Shown here piece by piece: positions 10,362-19,661 of a stretch of DNA of 64,000 nucleotides. The DNA lies in assembly GCA_963700665.1 (NCBI GenBank), contig CAVOYK010000004.1, positions 58,793-122,792 on the forward strand, in the 5' to 3' direction. The position numbers and the translations under genes were made by a program. Below the pieces are notes generated by a model. That model saw nothing but the letters and a program-made list of their open reading frames with translations. It did no database searches and was not told the origin of the DNA. Numbering within the stretch: the first letter of the stretch is position 1; the number at the start of each line of letters is the position of its first letter. This DNA is from an uncultured Actinomycetes bacterium (GTDB lineage Bacteria; Actinomycetota; Coriobacteriia; Anaerosomatales; PHET01).

Positions 10362-11955
10362 TCAGCAGACGCGCGATGCGCCTAGAGCTCCTCGGTCACG
10401 GTCTTCTGGTCGGCGACGAGCAGGCGGTTGAGCGCGTTGGTGTACGCCTTGGCCGAAGCCACGATGATATCGGAGTGTGCGCCTCGGCCGGTGAAGATCT
10501 CTCCGTCGGCGCTGCGCACGCGGATCGTGACCTCGCCGAGCGCGTCGATACCGCGCGTCACGGCCTGAACGCTGAACTCGATGAGATCGTTCTCGACGTC
10601 GACGATGCGGTTGATCGCCTTGTAGACCGCGTCGACCGGACCGGTGCCGTGGCTCGAGTCGATCAGCTCGTTGCCGTCCGAGTCGACGAAGCTCGACGGT
10701 CGCCGTCGGGATTCCGGGCTCGCCGCAGGTCACCTGCACGCGCTCGAGGTGGTAGACCTCGTTGATCGTGCGCTCGCTCTCCCCCACCAGCGCCTCGAGG
10801 TCCTCGTCGTAGACCTCCTTCTTCTTGTCCGCGAGCAGCAAGAACGCCTCGTGGACGCGCTCGAACTCGTCTTCGGGAATGCGCGTAGCCCAGCTCTTCG
10901 AGGCGGTGGCGCAGCGCGTGGCGCCCGCTGCGCGCCGTGAGCACGATGCTCGAGCCGCCCGCGCCGACGTCGACCGGGTCGATGATCTCGTAGGTGGAGC
11001 GCTCCTTGAGCACGCCGTCTTGGTGGATGCCGCTCGAGTGCGCGAACGCGTTCGCGCCGACGATCGCCTTGTTGGGCTGCACGTTGATGCCGGTGATGCT
11101 CGATACCAGCCGCTCGTGCGGGTGATCTCGCGGGTCTTGATGCCGGTGTCCGCGCCAAAGACGTCCGGGCGCATCTTGAGCGCCATCACGACCTCTTCCA
11201 TCGCCGTGTTGCCCGCGCGCTCGCCGATACCGTTGATGGTGCACTCGATCTGCCGCGCGCCCGCGTAGACGCCCGCCAGCGCGTTCGCCGTGGCCATCCC
11301 GAGGTCGTTGTGGCAGTGCACCGAGACGACCACGTCCTCGATGCCGTTCACGTTCTCCATCAGGCCGCGGATCAGCCCGCCGAAGACCTCGGGATAGGCG
11401 TAGCCGGTCGTATCCGGGATGTTGACGACCGTCGCGCCGGCGGCGATGACCGCCTCGATCATGCGGTAGAGGAACTCCGGCACCGCGCGCCCGGCGTCCT
11501 CGGCGTAGAACTCGACGTCGCCCACGAGGTTCTTGGCGAGCTTGACGGCAGCGACTGCACGCTCGACCGCCTCGTCGCCCGAGATGCGCAGCTTGTCGCG
11601 CAGGTGGCTCTCGGAGACGCCGATGCCCGTGTGGATGCGCGGGCGCTTCGCGGTCGAAAGCGCGTCGGCAGCCACGTCGATGTCCTTGGGGATGGCGCGC
11701 GTGAGGCCGCACACGATCGCCGCGTCGCCCACCTCGGCGCCGATGCGACGCACGCTCTCGAAGTCACCGGGGCTCGAGATGGGAAAGCCCGCCTCGATGA
11801 TGTCGACGCCGAGGCGCACGAGCTGGCGGGCGATCTCGAGCTTCTCCTCGGTGTTCATGCGATGCGCCCGGCGACTGCTCGCCGTCGCGCAGCGTGGTGT
11901 CGAATATGTAGACGCGGTCGTTGACAGGTCGGGCCGAATTGGCTGGTGTGTTCAC
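10362..11955 (-). CDS. leuA: 2-isopropylmalate synthase (several frameshifts)
   Basis: ORF 10362..11858 plus N-terminal fragment 11764..11955 ([18 protein letters not shown]). Also [16 protein letters not shown] and [10 protein letters not shown]. The C-terminal half is repeatedly out of frame. SD AAGGAG before GTG 11955. Confidence 0.85.
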
Positions 11956-12081
11956 CGGAGGCTCCTTGCTCGGTCGCGGGACAGGTGGCGAAGCCGGCTC
12001 GTGTCGTCAGCAGACGTCGGCCGGCCGAGTAAGTCGACCAAGGCGACCAAGCAATCTGTGGGCATCCAGTGACATGCGTGG

Positions 12082-12087
12082 ATTATA
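12082..12087 (-). promoter_or_regulatory. candidate -10 box (TATAAT) upstream of leuA
   Basis: Perfect TATAAT on the minus strand about 125 nt upstream of the leuA start. The -35 is weak. Pattern match only. Confidence 0.3.
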
Positions 12088-12143
12088 GTCGACCGCTCGC
12101 CCGCGTGTAGCACCCGCTTCCGCGAGCCTCGCAAGGGGCAGCG

Positions 12144-13333
12144 TCAGCGGGGGCTCGCCGCAATCGCAGCCGGAGAGTGACAGACGTCCTTGCAGAAGTC
12201 CCGGGTAGCGGGGTAGGCCTTCTGCATGTGACACGCGTTGCAGTGCGCTGAGTTGGCGCTCTTGTGAGTGGAGGCCATGGTCGTCCCGTGGGCCGCGCCT
12301 ATCAACTCCGAATGACATCCACTGCACGGATGTCGCGATTCCGTGTGGCAACGCCGACAGGCCTTTCCGCCGCCGTACCAGATGTCAACGGTCGCGGCTC
12401 TCGCGTGAGCATGCAGCTTGAACTCGGCCGTGTGCGGCATGCGAAGACCGTGGCATGGGTCGCAGTCCCGCTCCTCGTCGTGACAGCCGGAGCACGACAC
12501 CTCTTGGATCTGGGCGTCCTGAAACGACGTCGTGCGGGGCCGCGCGGCGGCAGCGGCTTGCCCCTCATGGCACGTGGCACACTCCGACGACGCTGTGCTG
12601 TCATCGTGACACCGCAAGCACGGCTTCATGCCTGCGTTGTGGACGCTCACAACCCCGCGGCGCATCGTATGGCAATCGATACACGCTGCGGAAGCGGCGA
12701 GCGGCTCAGCGTGAGATACCTTGAGTCCTCTCTCGTCATTGGTCGTGGTGCCCGCCAATGACGCCTCGTGGCATGACGTGCAGGCTCGACGAGTGGTGCC
12801 GGCCGTACTCCGACTCGTTGCCCGCGCCCGCCCATGCCACCGCATAGTGCAGTACGCGGAGTGGAACCCCGGTCACATAGCGGCCGACGACTCCTCCTTC
12901 TTCATGACAGGACACGCAGGCGACCTGCGTGTGTGGGTCCGTGTTCTTGTCGGCAGTAGCGTGTTCTGAGGCGGGCCAGTGGCAGCTCTTGCACAGTCCC
13001 GGGTCCGATGTCGTGAGCCCAGCTACAACCCACACACCGAGAAAGACCGCCCCTATCACGAGGCCCAGAAGCAGTCGAGACTCCCGACTCCTTGGGGTGG
13101 CCGATCGAACTCCATCTCCGGAGTCTCCGCGTCGCCTCGAAGCAGGGGTGTCGGCATCACCTTCTTCGGGGACCGAGATCACCATCATGATGCCGACGAC
13201 CAGGACTATCAGAAGCAGGAGGGCGATTGTCGCGTAGAGCGTGCACGGCCAGCTTCATGTTCGAGGCAGGCGCGATCAGGACTCGAGTGAGTGTGGACAC
13301 AACGACGCGCAGGCGCTCCGACATGTCGCTCAT
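12144..13333 (-). CDS. NapC/NirT-like membrane-anchored multihaem cytochrome c, ~12 haems (frameshifted)
   Basis: Joined ORFs 12736..13188 and 12144..12845. TM LLLGLVIGAVFLGVWVVAGL, then CKSCH ... CVSCH. Further motifs: CTSCH, CIDCH, CLRCH, CATCH, CSGCH, CDPCH, CRRCH, CSGCH, CNACH and CKDVCH (CX3CH). An upstream extension begins at ATG 13331..13333, overlapping the upstream stop (ATGA), and joins after one indel. Start is 13188 or 13333. Confidence 0.75.
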
Positions 13334-14419
13334 GATTTCTCGCCGTCCGACGTTCGCTGCGTGCCGACGGCACCACCTGGGTGCACGTGCTTCTCATGGC
13401 AGCCGGTGCAGTCCGAGTTGTCGTGACAGCGTTTGCACAGGCCGGATTGCTCCTTCGAGACAATCGCATGCCTCAAGGTGAATCCGGCAGGGTGTGGCAT
13501 CTGGGTGCCGTGACACGCGCTGCAGAACTGCGTCTTGGTGGCAGGACTCACACTGCGCATCCGCTCGAGCAGCATAGGACGCGTGGACGCTCACGAACTC
13601 TGGCTCATGCGGTATGCCGGCCCCGTGACACTCGGCGCAATCACTTGATTCGTGACACACAGTGCACGTGGAGACATCTCCCATCCCGTGCGTTGTCTGC
13701 CAGTTGACGCCGTGAGTCACACCAAAGGATGCGACACTCACCCGGCTGGCGGCCTGACGGCCCTGATGACACAGATCGCACGCCGTGTTGTCCGACGCCA
13801 TGTGGCATACGAGACACGCCTCCATGTCGTAGGACCGAATCCACTGGGTCGCACTACCGTGAGCTGTCGCGGAGTGACAGTCGGTGCACGACGCGCCCGC
13901 GGCACAAGAGGCGTGGTTCATTCTGATGCCGTTGGAGACGACCACGTCTTGGAGAGCTGTCTCATGGCATGCGGCGCATCGGTCGTCCGGTACTGCTGCC
14001 GCGTCGCGGTTTGCGACGCGGCCGACCTCGAAGTAGGCGTGAAGCGGACGCCGCAGCGCGAGAGCGGCCTCTCCTATCGCGCCTGAGGGAACGTGGCATC
14101 GTCGACACTCCACGCCCGCATGGGGAGACGCTTGCGTCTGCGCTCGGAAGGCGCCGCGATCGTGGCAGGAGGCGCAGGGCTTCGGGCCGATCACCCCGAC
14201 AACGCGCAACACGAGCAGACCCACAACCGCCAGCCCGATTGCCGCCGATACGATCCTGCGTCGGCGACTCGCGGCCACAGCATTCCGCGGGGTGCTGCGA
14301 CCTTGCTCGGAATCTCCGGATTCCACTGAATCAGTTTCGACCATGCCACCCTCTTTGCCGACTCTAGAGACAGTTCGCGTCAGAGGTCCCAGAACCTTCC
14401 GTCGACGCGATAGTGACAC
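13330..14419 (-). CDS. NapC/NirT-like membrane-anchored multihaem cytochrome c, 12 CxxCH (one frameshift)
   Basis: ORFs 13394..14419 and 13330..13575. TM IVSAAIGLAVVGLLVLRVVGVI. Motifs: CASCH, CRRCH, CAACH, CTDCH, CLVCH, CDLCH, CTVCH, CAECH, CESCH, CSACH, CKRCH, CTGCH. Start is 14419 or the internal M at 14344. Confidence 0.75.
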
Positions 14420-14420
14420 G

Positions 14421-15765
14421 CTGGGAGCCGGCTCCCCCCGAAGCCGGCTCCCCTGATCACGAGGTCGAAGTGACCTTCGTCATCGCGAAGTACTAGTGCG
14501 TGAGCCCGATACCGTTGCCCGCACCGTCGCGGTGGCACTTCAGACACTGGCCGTCGTAGGCCTTCTGGTTGGTGCCGGCGGTGTAGGTCAGCGGAGCGCC
14601 GACGCTCGCACCGTAGCCCGACCAGATGCGCGAGCGCGACTCCGGTGGCCGAGGTGGAGCCGTCGAGCGTCAGGTTGGTGGCACCGGTCGGCGTCTGGCC
14701 GTGCGGGAACGTGAAGTTGCCCGCGACGGTGTTGGCCGAGTCGGTCTGGTCGTGGCAGCTCGTGCAGCCGGCGATCGGCGCATAGGAGGCCGCGCCCGGA
14801 ACCGCTGCGAAGGTACCGGCGACGTGACCGGTCTTCGAGTCGCGGTTGTCGTTGCCGCCGTAGCCGAGAGCCTCAGCACCGGTGTTGTCGGTGCGGTAGG
14901 CATTGCCCGACGTGATGCCGGTAGCGTGGTTGCGGTCTTCCTTGATGCCCTTGTCGACGATCGCGTAGGCAGCCTCAGCGTGGCACTCGTCCTCGCCGGT
15001 CGACGGGTTGGAGGGACGACCGCAGGTCAGACCCGCGACAAGCGCGTGGGTCTCGTTGGCGTCCGGAGCCGCGCCGTTGATGGTGATGTCGCCGGCGGCC
15101 GTGGTGGCCATGATCGAGCTGTTCGCGGAGACGAAGCGCTCCACGGCAGCGTCGGTGGCGCCCAGGTCGTCCCAGACGGCGTCGAGGCCGCCGTAGGTGC
15201 CGTCACCCTCGAGGTCGTCGTTGGCAGGATCGTTGAACAGCAGCTTGGAGGCGAAGATCTTGTACTTCGAGCTGTTCGCGCCGTGCGGGTTGGTAGCGTG
15301 GCAACGGCGGGTGAAGCAGCCGTAGCGGTGCCCCAGCTCGTAGCTCGGCTCCGGCGTGTCGCCGGTACCGTCCCAGTAGCCGTCCGCGATGAGGTCAAGA
15401 GCGCTGTCGTTGTGGGGGCCGCCACCGTTGGCGGCGCCGCCGGCGGCGGTCTTGTTGGTGATGGCCGCTACCCGCTGTGCGTCAGTCGCGGCAAGCCATG
15501 CGGCACTGCCGACCGGGTAGAGCGGGTTGGCCGGATCGACCTCTGGCACCCACTCGGTGTCATAGGGCGTCCACGTGACGATCTTGGCCGTGATGGCGGT
15601 GCCACCGGTGTGGCAGCCCGCGCACGTGGCGTCGGAGGTCGGGAGCAGCTTGACGCCGTCCCCTGCCGCACGGTGGACCGAGTGGCACATCCCGCACTTG
15701 GCGGTCGTGGCCAGGTAGTTGGCGTGTGCTCCCGGATTGGTGGGGTTGTCGCCGATCGACCCGAG
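14421..15765. repeat. segmental duplication R3, copy a (partner 17446..18782)
   Basis: Almost identical over ~1.3 kb apart from single-base indels. Covers the hairpin plus the type-B cytochrome module. Confidence 0.85.
14423..14452. terminator. GC-rich hairpin downstream of the large cytochrome gene
   Basis: GGGAGCCGGC-(10 nt)-GCCGGCTCCC. Repeated at 17448..17477. No U-tract. Confidence 0.4.
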
Positions 15766-17392
15766 CGCAGGGCCGCTGTCTCTCGGACCGGGAGTCGTAG
15801 TCCATTTGTAGTAGTCCCGTCTGTATCTGAAGAAGCCGGGAGGGTGAATTCCAGGATCGTGACACGAGCCGCATTTCAGGTTGCCCCCTGCAATGGCGGC
15901 GATCACGCGACCGTCAGTGCTCCGATGGCACGCGACGCAGTCGTCCCCGTGCTCTGCCGACACGTTTGGAGTCGTGGCATTCGCCACAGCCGCCACCTGA
16001 GGGCAATCCGCCATCATGAACAGCCGCGTGGCCCGCGCCCTCATGACACGCCCCGCAGATGCTGTCGCCCGTCGCGATGGCGTTGACGACGTTGGGGTCG
16101 GTGCTCGTGTGGCAACCGGCGCAGTCGTCGTTGTGCTCGACCACGATGTCGGCGCTGTGGCAGTCAGCGCACAGCGGGTCGGTGAAGCCGGGGTCGTGCA
16201 CGCGTGGCGTGCAGGCGGGCCGTGGCACGCCGGCGCAGGCGGTGTCACCTGCAGCCGATGGCCGCCACGACGTCGGATCGGTGCTCGCGTGGCACAGCGA
16301 GCACTGGTACTTGAAGTCGGTGCCGAGCGGGTACTGCCCGTGCTCGGCGGTCAGCCCGGGGTCGTGGCACGGATTGCACCCGGTCGTGGTGCTCAGGTGC
16401 AACGTGTCGAGCTCGGCTGTGGTGTGCTGCGGGATCGGCGGGTAGCTCGGGTTGTGGCAGTAGTCGCACGCGGCGCCCACGTGGTCGGAGCCGGGGAAGT
16501 CCGTCCCGTCGTATCTCGCCGGGCGCATGGCAGCCGCTCGTCGAGCAGTTGATGTGGTGTTGCCGGGCTGCAGGTGGTAGTCGGTCGGCCCGTGACAGTT
16601 GGACATGCGAGCAGCTCAGTGCCGGGTCCATCGGAGGTGGCGCGCACGACGGCGAAGTTCCAGCTGCGCGACACGTGGTCTGCCCGATCCCGTCGGTGCA
16701 CGTAGGCCATGACCGAGTGCGTGCCCGGGCTGCGAAGATCGAACGTAGGCGTCCACCGGAACTGCCCCTGCGGGCGAGCTCGCGTTGTACGACCTGCGAC
16801 GCCGTCGACGACGAGCCGCACGTTCACGTTGCCCGGCGTGTTGTCGCCGACCGTGAGCCCGATCTGCGGACGCGGCATGCGACCGTGGAGCCATTCGCGG
16901 GCACGTACGGTGTGAGCGTCGGTAGGCGGTGCTGCGACCGTGTACGTGCCACGAGTTGTTGTGGACGGTCGCCGCTCACGTCGGTGATCCGTACGGCGAT
17001 CGTCGTCACGCCGTCGGGGAGGATACCGTCGTTGACGATGATGTTGACCGTCTTGCGGATTCGGCTGGCGTGGTGTTGACGATCGGATACTCGGTGCCGT
17101 TGATCCACATGCGGCCGTCGAGCGCACCAGGTCAGGCTCGGCTGCGCCGGCCGTGGCCGTCACGCGGATCTGCGTGCTGGGACTAGTGATGGTCGCGCCC
17201 GGCGAGCGGGTTGTAGTTCGACCAGGTCACGGCGTGGGCGACGGCCGGCAGCGCAACGATCATCGCCGCACAAAGCACCACGAAAGCAGCGAGCAGAGTG
17301 ACGCGGTACTGACGCCGATTCCGGACGACGCGATCGGCATCCCCCCTGACCAGCAGCCTTCTTCCGCCCAAGCCACAGAGCTGAGTTCTCAT
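14493..17392 (-). CDS. large surface multihaem cytochrome, chimeric: signal peptide + Ig-like domains + multihaem module + type-B hexahaem C-terminus (many frameshifts)
   Basis: ORF 17183..17392 gives signal peptide LLAAFVVLCAAMIVALPAVAHA, then VTWSNYNPLAG. ORF 16393..17163 gives Ig-like segments (TVNIIVNDGILPDGVTTIAVRITDVSG in fragment 16824..17108; PGNVNVRLVVDGVA). ORF 15914..16606 gives CDYCH, CNPCH, CSLCH, CADCH, CAGCH, CGACH. ORF 14380..16248 gives CVACH and CGSCH, then reads straight into the type-B module CGMCH, CAGCH, CFTRRCH, CTSCH. The true stop is probably TAG at 14493 (tail CLKCHRDGAGNGIGLTH*, by analogy with 17517). Confidence 0.75.
16043..17245. repeat. segmental duplication R2, copy b (partner 7608..8810)
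   Basis: See copy a. Confidence 0.7.
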
Positions 17393-17445
17393 CCCAGTGC
17401 CCCCAACACGTCGGTCCTTTGGAGAGCGTTCGGGCGCTCCCCCCG

Positions 17446-18782
17446 CTGGGAGCCGGCTCCCCCCGAAGCCGGCTCCCTGATCACGAGGTCGAAGTGACCT
17501 TCGTCATCGCGAAGTACTAGTGCGTGAGCCCGATACCGTTGCCCGCACCGTCGCGGTGGCACTTCAGACACTGGCCGTCGTAGGCCTTCTGGTTGGTGCC
17601 GGCGGTGTAGGTCAGCGGAGCGCCGACGCTCGCACCGTAGCCCGACCAGATGCGCGAGCGCGACTCCGGTGGCCGAGGTGGAGCCGTCGAGCGGTCAGGT
17701 TGGTGGCACCGGTCGGCGGTCTGGCCGTGCGGGAACGTGAAGTTGCCCGCGACGGTGTTGGCCGAGTCGGTCTGGTCGTGGCAGCTCGTGCAGCCGGCGA
17801 TCGGCGCATAGGAGGCCGCGCCCGGAACCGCTGCGAAGGTACCGGCGACGTGACCGGTCTTCGAGTCGCGGTTGTCGTTGCCGCCGTAGCCGAGAGCCTC
17901 AGCACCGGTGTTGTCGGTGCGGTAGGCATTGCCCGACGTGATGCCGGTAGCGTGGTTGCGGTCTTCCTTGATGCCCTTGTCGACGATCGCGTAGGCAGCC
18001 TCAGCGTGGCACTCGTCCTCGCCGGTCGACGGGTTGGAGGGACGACCGCAGGTCAGACCCGCGACAAGCGCGTGGGTCTCGTTGGCGTCCGGAGCCGCGC
18101 CGTTGATGGTGATGTCGCCGGCGGCCGTGGTGGCCATGATCGAGCTGTTCGCGGAGACGAAGCGCTCGACGGCAGCGTCGGTGGCGCCCAGGTCGTCCCA
18201 GACGGCGTCGAGGCCGCCGTAGGTGCCGTCACCCTCGAGGTCGTCGTTGGCAGGACTCGTTGAACAGCAGCTTGGAGGCGAAGATCTTGTACTTCGAGCT
18301 GTTCGCGCCGTGCGGGTTGGTAGCGTGGCAACGGCGGGTGAAGCAGCCGTAGCGGTGCCCCAGCTCGTAGCTCGGCTCCGGCGTGGTGCCGGTACCGTCC
18401 CAGTAGCCGTCCGCGATGAGGTCAAGAGCGCTGTCGTTGTGGGGGCCGCCACCGTTGGCGGCGCCGCCGGCGGCGGTCTTGTTGGTGATGGCCGCTACCC
18501 GCTGTGCGTCAGTCGCGGCAAGCCATGCGGCACCACCGACCGGGTAGAGCGGGTTGGCCGGATCGACCTCTGGCACCCACTCGGTGTCATAGGGCGTCCA
18601 CGTGACGATCTTGGCCGTGATGGCGGTGCCACCGGTGTGGCAGCCCGCGCACGTGGCGTCGGAGGTCGGGAGCAGCTTGACGCCGTCCCCTGCCGCACGG
18701 TGGACCGAGTGGCACATCCCGCACTTGGCGGTCGTGGCCAGGTAGTTGGCGTGTGCTCCCGGATTGGTGGGGTTGTCGCCGA
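17446..18782. repeat. segmental duplication R3, copy b (partner 14421..15765)
   Basis: See copy a. Confidence 0.85.
17448..17477. terminator. GC-rich hairpin (copy of 14423..14452)
   Basis: Same stem sequence, downstream of the cytochrome stop at 17517. Confidence 0.4.
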
Positions 18783-18954
18783 TGCCGGACACACCGTTCG
18801 GAGATGCGGTGCCAGGCGGAATCACCGCTGGCTTGGTCCACTGGTAGTAGCTCGTGGAGTGTGCGAAGAACTTGCCCGTTGTCGCGAAAGCACTCGCTGC
18901 GAAGACAAAGGTCAGCGCGAGTACCAAGACGACAACAAGAACCGTTCGCTTCAT
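17517..18954 (-). CDS. secreted hexahaem c-type cytochrome, type B (frameshifted as assembled)
   Basis: ORFs 18229..19065 and 17517..18452. SD AAGGGGGA before ATG 18954. Signal peptide MKRTVLVVVLVLALTFVFAASAFA. Motifs: CGMCH, CAGCH, CFTRRCH, CTSCH, CLKCH, plus C-x12-CH (CGRPSNPSTGEDECH). Ends CLKCHRDGAGNGIGLTH*. An extra C at ~18256 relative to the paralogue at ~15230 breaks the frame. Confidence 0.8.
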
Positions 18955-19260
18955 GGATCCCCCTTGTAGTCGATGTGCAGTCTGTCCTTGCTTGCTCGTG
19001 CACCCCCTCTCCGCAAGGAGCCTGAGGCCTTTGCGCCGCGTACCCCCACGCGCCGATCTGGCCATTCACTATTTGCAGCCCGCCTATGCGGCGGACGAGC
19101 CGGCAAACCAGTCAGTGCACTCCGTCTCGCCAAGAACTCCGGAGATTGAGGTGGACTCACCTTTGGCGGGCATAGGCGTTCTCAACGCCTCTTTCGCCCA
19201 GGACAAGGCGAGACCGCCTCAAGGCCCCGGAAGGCTTCGACGGGTCCTACGTGTGGCGCT

Positions 19261-19408
19261 TTGTGGGTTTCTGGGCGCGGCGATCGCGATAGCTGATCTG
19301 CGGTATCTTGCCGCGCGCTGTCGTGAGTCAGTGCTCGTTGTGGGTTTCTGGGCGCGGCGATCGCGATAGCTGATCTGCGGTATCTTGCCGCGCGCTGTCG
19401 TGGGTCAG
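19261..19408. repeat. two-copy tandem direct repeat, ~71-nt unit, 77-nt period
   Basis: TTGTGGGTTTCTGGGCGCGGCGATCGCGATAGCTGATCTGCGGTATCTTGCCGCGCGCTGTCGTG at 19261..19325 and again at 19338..19402, each followed by (A/G)GTCAG. Lies in the 700-nt gap between the NHL gene and cytochrome B. Confidence 0.8.
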
Positions 19409-19661
19409 AACTTCAGGTTTTCAAGCTCACGCCAACCAGTGTTGGCGCCGAGCCATGCGAGCCCACCCTGTCCCCTGTGCTGCCGATCCCCCTGAAGCGT
19501 TTTGAGCACCCACGAAAATGTGCAGTTACGGTGTACTCCTCAATGTTGGCTAATGCAACCCTAATCTTGGAATATTTTCTGAGTCATCCCATAGGAGGAT
19601 GCCACGCGGTGCCTGACCTGTTCGTTGCTCGCCCCGCAAGTGCCCCTCACTTGGATCCTCA

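Noticed and set aside
813-18782. Long repeats as insertion sequences or a composite transposon
   Set aside because: The repeats are internal parts of paralogous cytochrome genes. I found no transposase, integrase, terminal inverted repeats or target-site duplications.
19280-19290. GCGATCGC (HIP1-like palindrome), suggesting a cyanobacterial origin
   Set aside because: Seen here only within the tandem repeat, not as a highly iterated element. Gene content and GC argue against cyanobacteria.
19261-19408. Possible CRISPR array
   Set aside because: Only two repeat copies with a 6-nt spacer. The unit (~71 nt) is too long. No cas genes are in the window.
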